From positions 13,020,001-13,084,000 of the forward strand of contig OZ076420.1 in assembly GCA_964187785.1 (NCBI GenBank): DNA of 64,000 bases, in the 5' to 3' direction. Every line of letters begins with the position of its first letter. Within the stretch, counting starts at the first letter, position 1. Origin of the DNA: Amphiscolops sp. MND2022 (taxonomy: Eukaryota). The notes below the pieces were generated by a model. It made no database searches. It saw nothing but the letters and a program-made list of their open reading frames with translations, and was not told where the DNA came from. The position numbers and the translations under genes were made by a program. Below, one piece after another: positions 12,400 through 25,642 of this stretch.

Positions 12400-13420
12400 G
12401 TGATCAGACGAGAGTAGGCCAATGGGGGGATCTGTTATTCCTTATGACGGTTTTCCGTACATAGATCTATCATTCTATTCGATGTGGCCCGCGTTTGGTC
12501 AATGTATGTCGTCCGGTTATCCGTTATTTCCTGTACGGTCCATTTACCAGTGATACCGGTTGATAGCTCGGGTTTTCCATCGTGTCTTGGTTGTTTTCTG
12601 GTTTGTTGGCTAGTTTCAGAGCATTCAGCATTTTGACGGTAATTCTTGTGATCAGATGGAACTGGGTTATTCAACCTAATAATGCGATTAGTCCTTGTCG
12701 GGCGTTTTGATCTGCTTAATTTATGTTCTTTCATGTAGTTCTTTTTCAGTACTTGAGCTTGAGTTGTCAATTGGTTCTCGTTCAGAAGTCTACGTTTCTA
12801 AGTTGTTTTCTACATTATCTTCTTCCCATCCCCCACTTAGGTTTATGGTATTCTATTGAAAAACTGTACTGTTTGTACCTCTGATGTGTATTTCTTAATT
12901 TGTCCTTCTGACGTCCTCAATGACACGATCTACTTCTGCATCGGTAACGTTCTCTGTTACTACTCTTAACAGGCTGATGCTGTCTTGTGTTTGGTTCGGC
13001 TGTGCAGGTGAGCCTATCGCTGAGTCGGAACTTTGTCCGTTTCGGATAAGCCTCTGTCGCCCTCTCCCGAGTGACCCTGTCTTTCTTGTGTCAGTCGGGT
13101 ACTGGTTTGATTGCTCTGGGCTCCAAAAGTTCATTGTGTTGTGTCTGCTTGTGGAGTGAGTAGCGTTGTTGCCCCAAAGTTGCTTTCTGATTCTGGGTAA
13201 CTGATCTGTTCTGTCAATTTTCGGATTTTTTGAACCATCGTCCGGTCCGCGCAATCCATTTCCCTGTTGTTTGGCCTCTCTACAAATTCCGAATAAGGTT
13301 GGAGTGACCACTGCTTGTTAAATATTTTACCCAAAACCATTTCAAACACGGAAATAACTAGTATTCGTTTAAAACCAAGTAATGTTGTGCGGTTTATGAC
13401 GTGTTGCACAGGGACTTAGA
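12400..13420 (-). mobile_element. 3' fragment of an LTR retrotransposon (post-core integrase and low-complexity tail)
   Basis: Broken minus ORFs: QHVINRTT..ISVFEMVLGK resembles the integrase N.T.H..T..SPFE...G region, followed by T/Q/N-rich linkers and an RSKRP-type tail. Confidence 0.4.
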
Positions 13421-16400
13421 TGGCTCCTCACTTTCAAAATGGTATTTAACACTAGAAAATTTAATGTTTTCCAAGTTTTAAACATTGAATGTTTGGCTAA
13501 CGGGAAATGTTGAGGTTGAACGTCGCAAAGTTACTTGGCATCGTTACAATTACGAGGTGAGCACTTTTTGTTGACACAATAATTCATATTTGCATATTGG
13601 ATTTCATAAATATATTTGTATCGTATAACCATGAAAGAAGTAAACTGTAAAGTCGGGCTTAATTTGTTGGTTTTAGTCTTTTTAAGAATTCGTAATCTTC
13701 CTATCAGCGCCGAAGAGTTTTTTTGCCAAGCACTCTGACATTAGCTACTAGACGAACAGCAAAGCTGGAAAAAATTTTTATCTCTGTTTAGCGGTTACCG
13801 CAGATGTCTACTATAGATCTACGATGAAATAATTTCCTATTAGAAGTCTTTCGCTGTTTACTAGAGTTTTGACTTTTTCAGGTAGTAATGCTTCCAGTTA
13901 CTAAAACGCGGTTTCAGGGTATTTCTTAAGGGTTATTTCTTTGGGTATTATTGGCACTGTGATTTTTTCCTGCGGATGAAGAAATTTCGGAGAAAAACAC
14001 AATTTTGCGATTTCGTGAAACGTTTAGCTATCAAAAGCTTGTTTTACCCAGGACGGGTTACTGTATAATGAAATTATCAACAATTACCAAAATTGTTATT
14101 CTTCTCGAAAACTCCTTGCGATGAAAGCATACACCGTGCCGAAACTGCGAGATGTTGTGCGTTTAAGGCTCTGGAATAAGAGGGCTTTGTTTATATTTTC
14201 AGTCGACTGAATTTGTTTTTTACTCTTGGAATTTTTTGTTAAGGCACTATTATTTTGAAATTGTTGCTCCATGAAAAGCCCTCTCAGTGGAGACGGGGTT
14301 CCCTAAAAAACGCGTCATTGCTCAGTTTTTTTTTAATTTTAATTTATTTTTAATTTAAACCAAGACAGTACCGACTCCAGATAAATTTTTTTGTAATGGA
14401 AACGAGCACTATATTCGAATAGTGATGGCGAAAAATGGGGCTTGAGATTATTCGCTTTTAAACGTTTGCCTTTTATGAGAAAAAGTGAACCAAAAGAAAA
14501 TTGTTATTGAATTTACCGCTGTTGGTTTTTCAGTACTGTAATTTCCCCAGTAGATTTGTTTTGCACCGTGAATCAAATTCATTCAATGTTTTTCAAATGT
14601 TCTCAAAAGCGTCTTGTTGGCCGCAGTTCACTCAACAATAAAGTTTTGAAAAATCTGAAGTCTAATGTTTGTATTAAACAGTGTGAAGCGTATCAAGAAG
14701 ATGCAGATGTGAGCCATAATCGCGGGTAATGCATGAAAGTTGAAAGCTGATTGGGATAAAAATTACAAAATTTCAGAATTACATACAAATTTCTTGATAA
14801 ATGTCACGTCAATTTTTGTTTACTTTTTAATCGCTGAAAAACAAGAAAAGTGAGGAGACGAGGTGGAACTCGATGTTTTAGCTACATTGTTGTAATCCTG
14901 TTGAAAACGATTCTGCCTAGGTCGATACAAGAAAGCTTTTCTTAATAACCAACTTCTTTACTTAGAACCTAGTTTTGGAATACCACAATGGCAACACTGA
15001 ATTCTGCTCTGGGATCTTTTTCACTATATCCTCCATACAACAAAAAGGGGGGACGTAGTGAAACGCTATTAACTACATGTATTGCACATTCTAATAGCGT
15101 GGATCTGCTCGTATCTAACAACGATTCTGATTGGCTGAGTGGGGATTTTGATAATAAGAACCAATAAAAAGTGTCGTTAGTTATGACGACATCGAGTGAT
15201 TGACAGAATAGCATGAGAGATTAGCTAATAGGAGATAAATATAAATGAGCCACTAACATTTATTTTCTCTAGGGGGGCATAGCGTAACGAGTAATATAAG
15301 GGCAATAGTGAAAGAGATCCCTGCTCTGAATTCATTTCACGGTTAAAGTCATGTCTGTGTCCTGAAGAGAGCTTCGATGTGGCTGCCTCTGCTATTTTTA
15401 ACTTCCGGGCCTGACTCGGTAAATGGTAGGAAAATGCGAAGCATTGCCATGCGCGCGTGCTATGCACGGAACTTGGGAAACATTTATTAAGTTAATAACT
15501 AACATTTTTTGAATTTCTTTCACAAATCTTGGGTAAATTGCTAAATGGAAGAAACAATTTGTTCCCACTAATGCGGAGGGGAGGTGAAACCCCTCTAAAG
15601 AGTTTTGGTTTTTTATGAACTACTGCTTTTAGGGTTAGCAAGGAGTCAAGCAACGGTCGGTTTGTTACCAAAGTGATAATTGGCTGAAGGTCACAAAATC
15701 CTGATTGCTGCCCCCCCCCTTGGTCCTTCGGTTTTGCTTTTCTCCGTCGAATGTATTTTTTGTCATGATCATACTACTATGCTACGGATGAAACACTGAC
15801 TCAAATCCCAAAGTATTGCATGTCAAATGCTCCGAAAACTACTCAAAGTTCAATCGAACCACATTCACAACCTCTATGCGTGCATTCCTCTCCGCATTCC
15901 AAGTCGAAATTGAAGAAAGTTGCAGCGAATATGAACTTTGAACAACAAAAACTACTTTTACTATATTTTGAATATATCAAATGAGATCTTCAATGAAGTG
16001 AATCGAAGCTTTTGGTGAAGCAAGATCTCTCGTTACGAGAACACCAAAAAATGGTTTTAAGGCATCGCACACAATTATAGTTTTTGAAAAAAAGTGGTTT
16101 TAATGTCGTACATTCTAAACCTAGCATATGCAATCGAAACCAAAAAGACACTTCACAGAAAAGTTCTAATGTTTGTCAACAAAAGTGTTGAGACATATTT
16201 TTCACCTGTCCAATAATTTGGTAAACTTTGAACAAGAAATCCACAGGCCTTATGATGTTGCCGAAGATTAGACGAAGCAAGAAGAGCTTCAATTTTGTTT
16301 TGTTTTGTTTCTCAACCAGCAGAAAGGATTTCCAATTTTTATGTATAATTTTCGATTGGCAAAGGTTTTCCAAAAACTTGTTACTTTCGAATTTGCTTAA

Positions 16401-16849
16401 GTCACTTTACATTTAAAAAAGTGCAATTCAGTTTGAAAAGGTCTCGGAATTTTTTGCGTCTAAATAGCTCCACCAAATGGAGTATGATTTAATGTGTACA
16501 ACAGCCGGTAAAATCAAGGCATCATCTCCCTCAGATAACTCTTTTTACCGAAAAATTTTCATAATTTTTCCTCGCTACTTTTGAAAACGTTTTCAAGATT
16601 ATGTCGACTACTTTGAATCCTTAATACAAAGGGATTATGAATAAACATTACATCAATCCTGTTTTCAAATTCTCTAGAATTTGCTCAAAATCAAGATGGC
16701 CCTGAATGGTTACATTCATAACTCGTCAGCTAACGGGCACCCATGTTACTGTTTAAAAGTTATACGATCTCCTAAATAATTACTTTTCCTGTTATCATTC
16801 GCATCACTCCATCGAGTTTTATCGATTTTATGAAGATTCACTCACGGTT

Positions 16850-17145
16850 ATGGCGCAAGCAGAAACCTCTGAAATCCGTTTGAAAAGAGGTTTTTGGTTC
16901 ATCTGCTCAATTAGTTTGGTTTACTTCATATACAAAATTGTTACAGAATACGCCCAACAAAATGTTATTAGCATTATATCTCATCTTGACCCGCCAAAGG
17001 AATCTGAAAGTGTCAAAGTTACGATTTGTAACGAAGCTTATCTCGATGCTCGCAAGGTGCTTTCATACAACGGTTCTTTGAATTTGAGCTCCTATGAATT
17101 TCTCAAGCAAACAGTCGGGAATGATTCAACTCGCAATGATACTAG
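16850..17145 (+). CDS. DEG/ENaC (amiloride-sensitive sodium channel family) gene, exon with TM1
   Basis: RGFWFICSISLVYFIYKIV (TM1) then VKVTICN (family FPAVTICN motif); phase-2 donor AG|gtgact at 17146. Confidence 0.85.
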
Positions 17146-17613
17146 GTGACTGAACTAACTGGTACAAGAGAAAACATTCACCAAATTCATTAAAAAACTG
17201 TGAGAAAGTTGTCACTGATTTGTGCCGATGCGATGCGCGTAATAGCTTTTAAGCTGTCGAATATTGAAATGTTTGTCGAAATTCAAGTCACAACAGCGGT
17301 GAATTTTGCCTTTTGATTTTTCACTTCAAAACTCCATTTTTGGAGCTAAAAACACTTACAACTAAGGTTTAAAACTGTAGCTGATTAGATCTAGTCGTTT
17401 TTCATGGTTATTAGGCAATGATCTCAACTTTGACAAGTTACAAACTGATGCATGGTAAAACCTGCAAAACTTCCCGGCTTGAAATGGCCTCTGAATTGAT
17501 AAGGAATCTTTTAAATGGTTTGATTGAAGTTATATTCAAAAAAGAAATATTTTTATTATCTATGTAAGTGTAAAAAATTTAGAAAATCACAGTAAACGGT
17601 GATAGCAACATTC

Positions 17614-18093
17614 AACAAGACGGGAACGTCTCAAGTCGGCGCTATATCTAAGGCTCAAAAAGCGCAAAACATTTTTTTGGAAAAAAACTTGGAATTTTCG
17701 TTAAAAAAGTTTTCTTTCGGAAAATGTCGCACAGTGCCGAAAAATGTAAAAGGGGGACCCTTTTTGATTTATAAACACGCATTCTGTAGCAAAATAACAA
17801 AAAACTCAAAGGGGGGACCCTTTGGAACATTAAAAAAATTTCGAAAAAAAGTCGCACAGTGCCGAAAAAAAATCGAAAGGGGGGACCCTTCAGTCCCGTC
17901 CGGGCTTGTAGGTAACGTTTAAAAAGTAAAAAACCAAAGGAGGGATCCTTTGGAGTAATTTACATGCGTTTCCCTGGTATTTAGTTTCCTTTAGTTGAAC
18001 GTTAAAGTTTGTCGCTTCGAGTCTGTCTTGAATTAAAAAAACGAGTGACTGTAATAGTCGGGCTCTTTTCTTAAGAAAAGCGCCGACTAAAAA
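17614..18093 (-). mobile_element. Non-autonomous Helentron/DINE-1-like element, copy 1 (ENaC intron 1)
   Basis: Sub-terminal inverted repeats AGTCGGCGC/GCGCCGACT; hairpin agtcgg-gctcttttcttaagaaaagcg-ccgact at one end; mini stem-loop AGACG-GGAA-CGTCT next to AACA at the other; internal ggggaccct sub-repeats. Confidence 0.65.
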
Positions 18094-18380
18094 CATAAAA
18101 ACTAAAAGCATTTATGCAATACCGACGAAGGACAAAAGATGCTCAAAAATTGCACAAAGTTCAGGTTTCGAACCTTATTTTCGGCAATGTTTAAACTTTC
18201 AAGGACGTTTCTGGACAAAACTCAGAAATCTCAATGAATCCATATTCAACAAACCTTTTTGTCATTTTGATCTGTGTACGGAGCTCAATAGTTTCAGTGC
18301 AAAAAAGAGTATACCAATGTGTGTCAGAAAAAAATTAGAATTGTCATCCCATATTCATGTATAACTGTTCCGTCACCTAG

Positions 18381-18727
18381 TGGTCACCGTGTTTACTATC
18401 ATCCAATTCGAAGTTATTTACTAATGTCGTCCGAAGTTTATGAAGAATTCAGGCTGGAAAGAGATGAATTTATGCTGGCTTGTTTCGTTAGAGGCTCTGA
18501 AGAAAACTGCAAGCAGCGTTTCAAGTTTGTTTTAGACTCAGGCGCGCCTTGTTATGAAGCGCACATTACAATACCAGGATACGGAATCCATAACTACCTG
18601 CGAATTTTCCTCTATTTTGACCCTAGTTTGTCAATTGGCACGATCAGTCAGCGAAATGGCGCTTCGGTAGTTTTTTCGCACATCGAAGATTATGTCCCAC
18701 TTATCAGAAGATTTTTCATCGCCCCAA
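18381..18727 (+). CDS. DEG/ENaC gene, extracellular-domain exon
   Basis: Acceptor cctag is phase-compatible with the previous exon (AG+T=Ser). EFMLACFVRGSEENC..F..GAPCYE..G..LRIFL..GASVVFSH..FFIAP; phase-1 donor A|gtgagg. Confidence 0.85.
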
Positions 18728-20751
18728 GTGAGGTGCAAAAGAGCTTGGATCATGTCAAAATAATTGGAAAATAATTCGTAGATGGGTTACCCGGCTCCCC
18801 TAGTTTTCGGAAATCTGTTTTTAGTTTCAAAAAATTTTGGTTAAAAAATTGACCAAATATTGGTTCAACAATTTTCAATTTTTTGTGTCGTGTTTGGAAA
18901 CGTCTTCGCTTGTGGTTTATTTTGTTTTTCAAATGTTTTAGAGAGCAAAGGGTCAGAAAAACTGATTTGAGAGCGAAAAGGGTTTTTGTTGAGATGCAAA
19001 AGTTGCTAAAAAGCCTAAAAAAGCTAATGTTGAGATTGAAATGGTACCATTTATCGCTACAATGACCTTCATATTCATTAGGCTGATTCCATCTTTTTTC
19101 TAATAATTACTCAAGTCGTTCGATGTATATTTTTTAAACAAAACATTATGCATTTTTCGAACCATTTTCAGTTTAAATTTGCAAATGTTACCAGGATCTG
19201 GTAACAGTTAGTGTTGAAGGATGCAACTTCGCTGATTTTTTTTCGAATAGAGTTTTGACTTTTTCCTTTCTACTGTTTTTTTCATGGCCTTTGAGCACAA
19301 TTCTCAAGACAGACAAAAAAGATCAAAAAAGATAGAGGAAAATAACACCAAGTCCATTTTCCTTCGTAGGATTTGCCGTTCTCGAGGAGGGGGCACCGTC
19401 TTAAAGGACGCTCTCTGACCTGATTCCAGTCTTTAACTGCTTTAATTTACGGGCATCTTGCTATAATCAGGATCACCGCAGAAATAGCTCAAAAAACAGG
19501 GTTAGGATTGACCGAATGCTGAATTTACTCCAAGATAGAGGAATCCATAAAAAAATCTAATCATCAGTATCTAAAAATCCAAATTTTGCAGCTATCAGGC
19601 ATATCATTTGAATACAACATTAATATACCAAAATTAGGATGATACAGTCCATGACAGTGGATAAGATTGGTCGTTCACCCAGCGCGCGAGCTGGAAACAC
19701 CAAAGGGACACCGGCGAAGGGTTTAGGCTGCCATCATTTTCGTGGGTTTTCGCTACAGTATGACGTCACACCGTAGTTTAGCACGCGATTTCGCTGGTTC
19801 TTGCGTTTTTCGTGGCTTGCTGTCTCGCGGAGCGGCTTGTCGTTTCTTTGCTCTATCTGCTCTGGCAGGTACTTTGATACAACATGCTCAGTCTGCACAT
19901 GTCATCTTTGAACGAATTTTTGGTTTTGATCTAAAAATTCGATGTGCCCAAGGTCGACGCGTATTCCTCATTCAGATGAATTCTCATTTATGTATATCCC
20001 ATACCTAGCTATATACCGTAAAACAAAGTTGTCAAAGATTGGTTCTCATGCTCATTCTATTCTCCGTCCTATTGGATGTACTAATTGTTGCATTGGTTTG
20101 TGAATTGAACGATTCACTAATATCCAGATAACTAAACAATTACTTTTCTTTCTTATTTATTACCACTGATTGGAATTACTTTCAAACTATCCAGCAGCGT
20201 CAAAAGCAGCATTGAGGACTACATTGATGAGACGCACAACAAATTCGGACTTTACATGTATTTTTTCTACTACTGTACTAGATTTTAATAATCTTTTTTC
20301 TTTTTCTCCCACAAGTCTGGGAAAATAGATGAAAGATAGAAAAAGAAATAACGGAAATCAATCAGTGAATCGGTTAACTGGTCCAGGTTCTAGGTGGCGA
20401 TTGTTTCGGCTAGCGGGAAGTACTCCAGACAACACACGTCCTACCCCAAATCTAAATGTACTCACCGCAGTGGACTAGAATGGCATAATTTTACAGGCGA
20501 GGGCTCTTTTCTGCCCCACCACCAACATATTTGATAGTAAAATTCCCTAAGCATTTCAGACTAGCCTAATAAAAAAACCGTTCTATCATACAGGAAGTTA
20601 GAGTCTATTAGGACAGGTTTTTTACTTGAACAAAATATTTTTCACACATTTCTCACTAGAATTATAATCGAAATTACTGTTTTTTACTCAAAACTGGAAG
20701 CTCTTGATTTCTTTGTCAAGAATGTGTGATCGAAGTTATTATCTCAATTCT

Positions 20752-21828
20752 CATTACGAGACACATCCCTGTAACGAACTAGCAGGATCCTGCTAGTTCG
20801 ATTTTTGTCCACTCAGAGCGCGAATATTTTTTTCGGAAGATTTACACTTGTCACAGATTACACGGATTACACGTTACACTAGTTGACACAGCTTTTGTCA
20901 ATTGACCAGTTTACACTAGCGGAAATTACAGTATTTCATGATTGGTATTCCCCAATGTTTGTTATCGGATTGATGAATTTCCAACATAGTATAGACTTTT
21001 CATGACAAATTTTCTTGTTGATACTCACGGCAGGGATCAAAATTGATCAGTGTAAATACTTTGGCTCAAAATACCCTGACTAGGTTTAGCCAGTGCATCA
21101 ATTCGTTGACCAATCGTCCAAGTGACATCAGCTTTGCTCATGACAGGGACCAAGTTTAAAGATAATTTAGCAAATATTTCGTGACGGCTGCTCTGAAGTT
21201 ACAATGACTTTCATTTCAAAATAGGATATTAATAATTGCGACAAACGGTATTGATCAGCTGGGAGCAACTGGGACCAAAAATAACCAGTTCCCAAACTCG
21301 ATGACAGATCAGTTAATTGTGATAATGGTATATTATTTGCACGTATAATTCATGCATAAAATACACGTGTACACGTGCGCAATGCACTTTATACGTACTG
21401 TATACGGTACTGTTTAGTAATAATAACTAATTATTTATTGAATCATTGTTTAACTTGACTGTTTTACGATGTGTTGGTATGATTTGGAATTAAAATGAAC
21501 CGTGAATAATGAATGTATATAAACATGGTGTGAGTTAGTCAAATTTTGACCACATTCCATTAAGTGCAAATTGCGGATCGCTATACTTGAAAAAACTGGA
21601 AGTCACAGTTTGTCTGAATTACGAAAAAGTGCGTTTTTGGACCAACTTCCACTTTTCACTAACTACGCGCCTTGACTACTTTACACTATTTTCATTACGC
21701 GAGTTGACGCAGCTAAACTTTCCAGGAGTAGACCGTATTGACTGACTTAGGCTGAATGACCATTTCACGGATAACACTGATTACGCTGCGTGACTGAAAT
21801 CCATTTTACCGGGATGTGTCTCGTAATG
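20752..21828. mobile_element. 1.08-kb TIR-bounded non-autonomous element in an ENaC intron
   Basis: Perfect 18-bp inverted repeats cattacgagacacatccc (20752-20769) and gggatgtgtctcgtaatg (21811-21828); no ORF; no TSD evident. Confidence 0.7.
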
Positions 21829-21900
21829 CAAAACTGTTAAACTGGAAATAAAAATAAAATTGAAGGTTTCTGGATTGTATTCATTTGTTTTTGTTATAAG

Positions 21901-22589
21901 ATTTTTACCAATTTTGCAAAGCTAATTATGGTGGATGGGGAACTGAAAAGAGCACAGGCAAGCCATTTCAAACAGACTACAACCCCCAATCTTGTTCGCT
22001 TCTGTGCTACGCGAAGTACGTTCACAAGGAATGCGGTTGTCACGGAACTATTGGCTGGAATATAACCAGAAGCAACTGTATTGAAAACCCGGAGGTGCTT
22101 AATTGTATCAACTTTTTCAGTCAGAACATCAACTTTGTAAAATCACAGACAGCCAATTGTTTCTCAAGTTGCTACCCAAAATGTAATCAGAAGTCCTTTC
22201 GAACCAAAGTCTTCAAAACTCGGAACACTATATGGGTTCGCGACTCAGTTTCAACTTTAGAAATGTTGGGAGATGGCTTCGGGAGAAGCAAACCCTTCAG
22301 ACGATTTTCGGAGAACCTGCAAAGCAATGAAACGGACCAAACTGAAGTCAAGGAAATCATGAAAAATATAGCGGAATTAAACTTCTACTTTTCTCTGAAA
22401 GAAAAATGGGTAGAGATGGAGACAATTGCAAAGATGTCATTTTCAACTTTTTTGAGTAATTTGGGAGGTCTGGTTGGAATGTGGCTTGGAATCAGTGCTG
22501 TTACTGTAGCGGAACTGTGTGAAAAGCTGGCGATTCTAGTTGGGAAATTTCGAACAAAACAAAAATGCCACCCGAGTGATAGTCTTTGA
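21901..22589 (+). CDS. DEG/ENaC gene, terminal exon (Cys-rich thumb, TM2)
   Basis: Open frame DYNPQSCSLLCYAKYVHKECGC..C..C..CFSSCYPKC..FLSNLGGLVGMWLGISAVTVAE, i.e. TM2 with a G-I-S filter; phase-1 acceptor ataag at 21900. A small intervening exon in 18728-21900 may be missed. Confidence 0.92.
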
Positions 22590-22939
22590 AGTGCAACTTG
22601 CGTGAAGTTGAAAAAATGAGTCTTTTGAGAAGATGGCTTGAGAACGCTTCCGAAGCGATCATCAACATTTTCTCGAAAGACCAAAGGCGCGAAGATTTTA
22701 TATTAACAAACTTGTTTCCAAGCTTATGCCAAGAACAATAGAATTTATTGGCAAGACAACCTCTGACCATACAAGGACCCTCAAACAAATTATGCTATCA
22801 TCAAAACCTTATGTGTTTAACAGAATTAGTGTGAGTTAAGAATTGTGGGGAACACCCAGAGAATTGAATTTAAAAACACGTTTTTCTTCAATGGAAATCA
22901 CATGAAAAATGACCGAAATTCAATTTCAATCGAAACCCT

Positions 22940-24340
22940 GTTGCAGAAAAAATACATTCATTGCAAGAACCTTTGAAGATCTTGTAAGATGATGTGTTCT
23001 CGTTGGAGTCCTTGAAAACTCTTTCAAGATCATTAGATAAAAAGCAATTCGTGCAAAGTGGAGATTTTTCGTGTAAGTATTTTGCGAGGAACTAACTTGT
23101 TGCAAGCACTACATTTACTTGCGAGATCCTTCAAAGAATGTATTCAAAGTAAGGATTTAGCTAGGATTGCATTTTTCCTTGACCAGGAAAGGTATTTATT
23201 GCTTTCGAAAATCGTGTTGGTACCTCAAATATTGGTTGAGATGATCAAATTGGTTATTTTTTTTCGAATTCATTTAACATTTGTAATTGTAAATGGTATT
23301 CTAGATAACTCTTGCAGACCAACTACTGATGCAACTAGTTGAACAACTAGACGACATATGTCCAAATCTGACTGAGCGTTAATTTCATCTGCCGAAACGA
23401 ATGAAACGTCCACTCTGACAATGTTATTGCATTTAATGCGGCTAGTAAACTGGACGTTAATCTAAACACAACAATTTTTGCTGCCAATTTTCGAAGACTT
23501 CGAGCTGTTGCAAACAAATTTGGCAGCAAGCCGGCTGAAAGATGAAAGAATTGTGACATCGTTTATTTTGAATGGCATTCACTCAAACACCATATGCATT
23601 TTTTGGCAGTTTACGTTTTTAAAACAAAAGACGATCTTTGCATTTTGTTTTGGTGAAAACATCAATTCAGAAGTATATACTGTTTATTATATAATATTAG
23701 AGTATGTTATACGGCATTGTATCTAAGGTCAAGTCAAATAAAGAAGCCTATCCAGGGTTATTCGGGTCGAGATATCCTTTTGTTCTCTTGACTCGATACC
23801 CTAGTCGAGATTGCTTCAACTTTTTACCTGCTACATGGAAACATGCAGGCACTTTTTTTACAAAACATGGAAAATTCAGGAAGCATTCATGGAAAATTTT
23901 TGTAAAACTTCCAAGCAGTTTGTAAAATGCTTAAAGCACATCCATGCATTTTGAAAAAAAAATCCAAGTAGTTTACAGAATTTTTATAAAAATAGGAAGC
24001 AAGAAAACGAAGGCTCCGGTCAAGTATAAACCTGCAACAACCTTGGAAATCTTGTTCAAACGCTTCCTCTTCAACTTGAAACATATTGTACTTCATCAAA
24101 AAATCAATCCAATGGGAAAAATCAATTCAATCATTACAAAATGAGCAAAATGAGACAAATTAACAAAAAAGAAGTTGCTTAGGTCAAAATTAGTCCGTAG
24201 CTTCAGAAATCAAGAATTTTGCAAGGATATACTTTTTTTGTAATATCATTTAGCAACATCTTCAAAGGATGCATTTTAAGCAAGAATTTTGTATGATTCT
24301 TTCAAGTAGTCTTAAGTAACGCATGTTTGTTTGACCACTG
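22940..24340. repeat. Degenerate gcaagatcttgca-rich MITE-like repeats (related tracts at about 54167-54480 and 62745-62820)
   Basis: Recurrent short palindromic units (cttgcaag, gcaagatcttgc, gatcttacaag); boundaries are approximate. Confidence 0.45.
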
Positions 24341-24769
24341 ACCGGCCACATAGCATGATATACTTCATTAGAAAAAGTTCCTACTGAACTTTCAGATATC
24401 TTTTATTCTTACTTATGCTTTATTTACAATTTATTACTTTTGGATTCTTCAGTTTGTTGAGTTTTGTTACGGGACTTATTCAACAAAATACCGGGAAGTT
24501 TTCCGCCCTGTATTTTTGCAACAACCTATTTTCAAAAATCGACGATAAGCATGGATTATTGTAAGAAAAAAATTATAAATTGAAGCAAAAATCTATTCGG
24601 CACTTTTTTCAATTGATGCATTTTTTAATGAAGGAAAGATAGGAAATCTCCAATTTTTTAAAGACTAGGAAACAATTTTTTGTACTTAATGTTCATGGTG
24701 TCTTTTGTTTGATACCCAACCAAGAAGCAAGGGCGGAAAACAAAAACCACAAAAATTGGCAGTTCAAGA

Positions 24770-24930
24770 ATGGTCCAAAAATTGTTCGTTTCATTTATTC
24801 TGGTTTCTTGTAGTCTGCTTTGTTTTTTCGGTTGTAACCACTTATTTCTACTTTATATAAAACTATCCCAATCATATAACTCGTTGTCATCTCTATCAAT
24901 CAACATTCAAATCCTATCGTCGCCAAAAAG
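24770..24930 (+). CDS. GT32 alpha-1,4-glycosyltransferase paralogue A, exon 1 (type II signal anchor)
   Basis: MVQKLFVSFILVSCSLLCFFGCNHLFLLYIKLSQ..SPK; donor AG|gtgaat. Same 161-nt length and phase as the paralogous exon at 54920-55080. Linkage to the downstream exons is inferred from shared paralogous context. Confidence 0.75.
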
Positions 24931-25642
24931 GTGAATGAACTTAAAATATAACTCAGAATTTTGTTACTTCTACCAAACCGATAAAAATTGAAAATCGTTT
25001 CGAAAAATTTAGATCTTCAATCAACTAGAAAAGTTGTGAAGTAAAGTTCATGAATGATGACAATAGTTTCTTAACAAGCTCTCGCTAGCAAATCGGATGA
25101 AAACTACAGTATGCTATATAGAGGGTCCACCATTTGAAATAACGGTTCGCTCCAATTTTTGTTTGAAAAGTAACACAATGATAAAAACTCAAAAATCATC
25201 TTCCCCAAATGTCAATGACTTTTAAACTTTGGTCAGATTGTGTCAGTTTTCAAAAGCAAGATGTCAGCTATTCCAAAATGTTCTTGAGACAAATAAGATT
25301 TTTGAGAACTGAAGAAGACAATTTCATTCACCTTTCGTAAGCCCTTGTGACGATCCCGAGCTTCGAGACTCTGTTTGGCTGTTTGAAACCAAGTTCAACT
25401 GGACTACACCCAGGGATGAAAATTGCCCAAACTTTTTTGAAACATCATCTTACACCTTGTTCGACAAATGTTGTTTCATATTTCATCGATTTTAATCAAG
25501 ATTTCCAAAAATACCTATTTCGAGTTGAAGAAACGGCCTTTCTTTGGCGAGCTTTTGGTACGAACTTGGTTTGAAAGTATTTCAAATTAACCCTGTGCAA
25601 AAAATCTTGAGACCCTCGATAAGATCTGGCATTCCCTGGAAT

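Noticed and set aside
14969-15467. Two minus-strand ORFs as exons of a host gene
   Set aside because: No recognisable motif or consistent splice pattern.
17599-17922. 107-aa Lys/Phe-rich ORF and the similar ORFs at 42467 and 51078
   Set aside because: Chance frames through the ggggaccct sub-repeats of the Helentron-like family.
19172-19200. 29-nt micro-exon of the ENaC gene (FKFANVTRI)
   Set aside because: It has splice-like edges, but its phases do not fit the neighbouring exons without further unseen exons.
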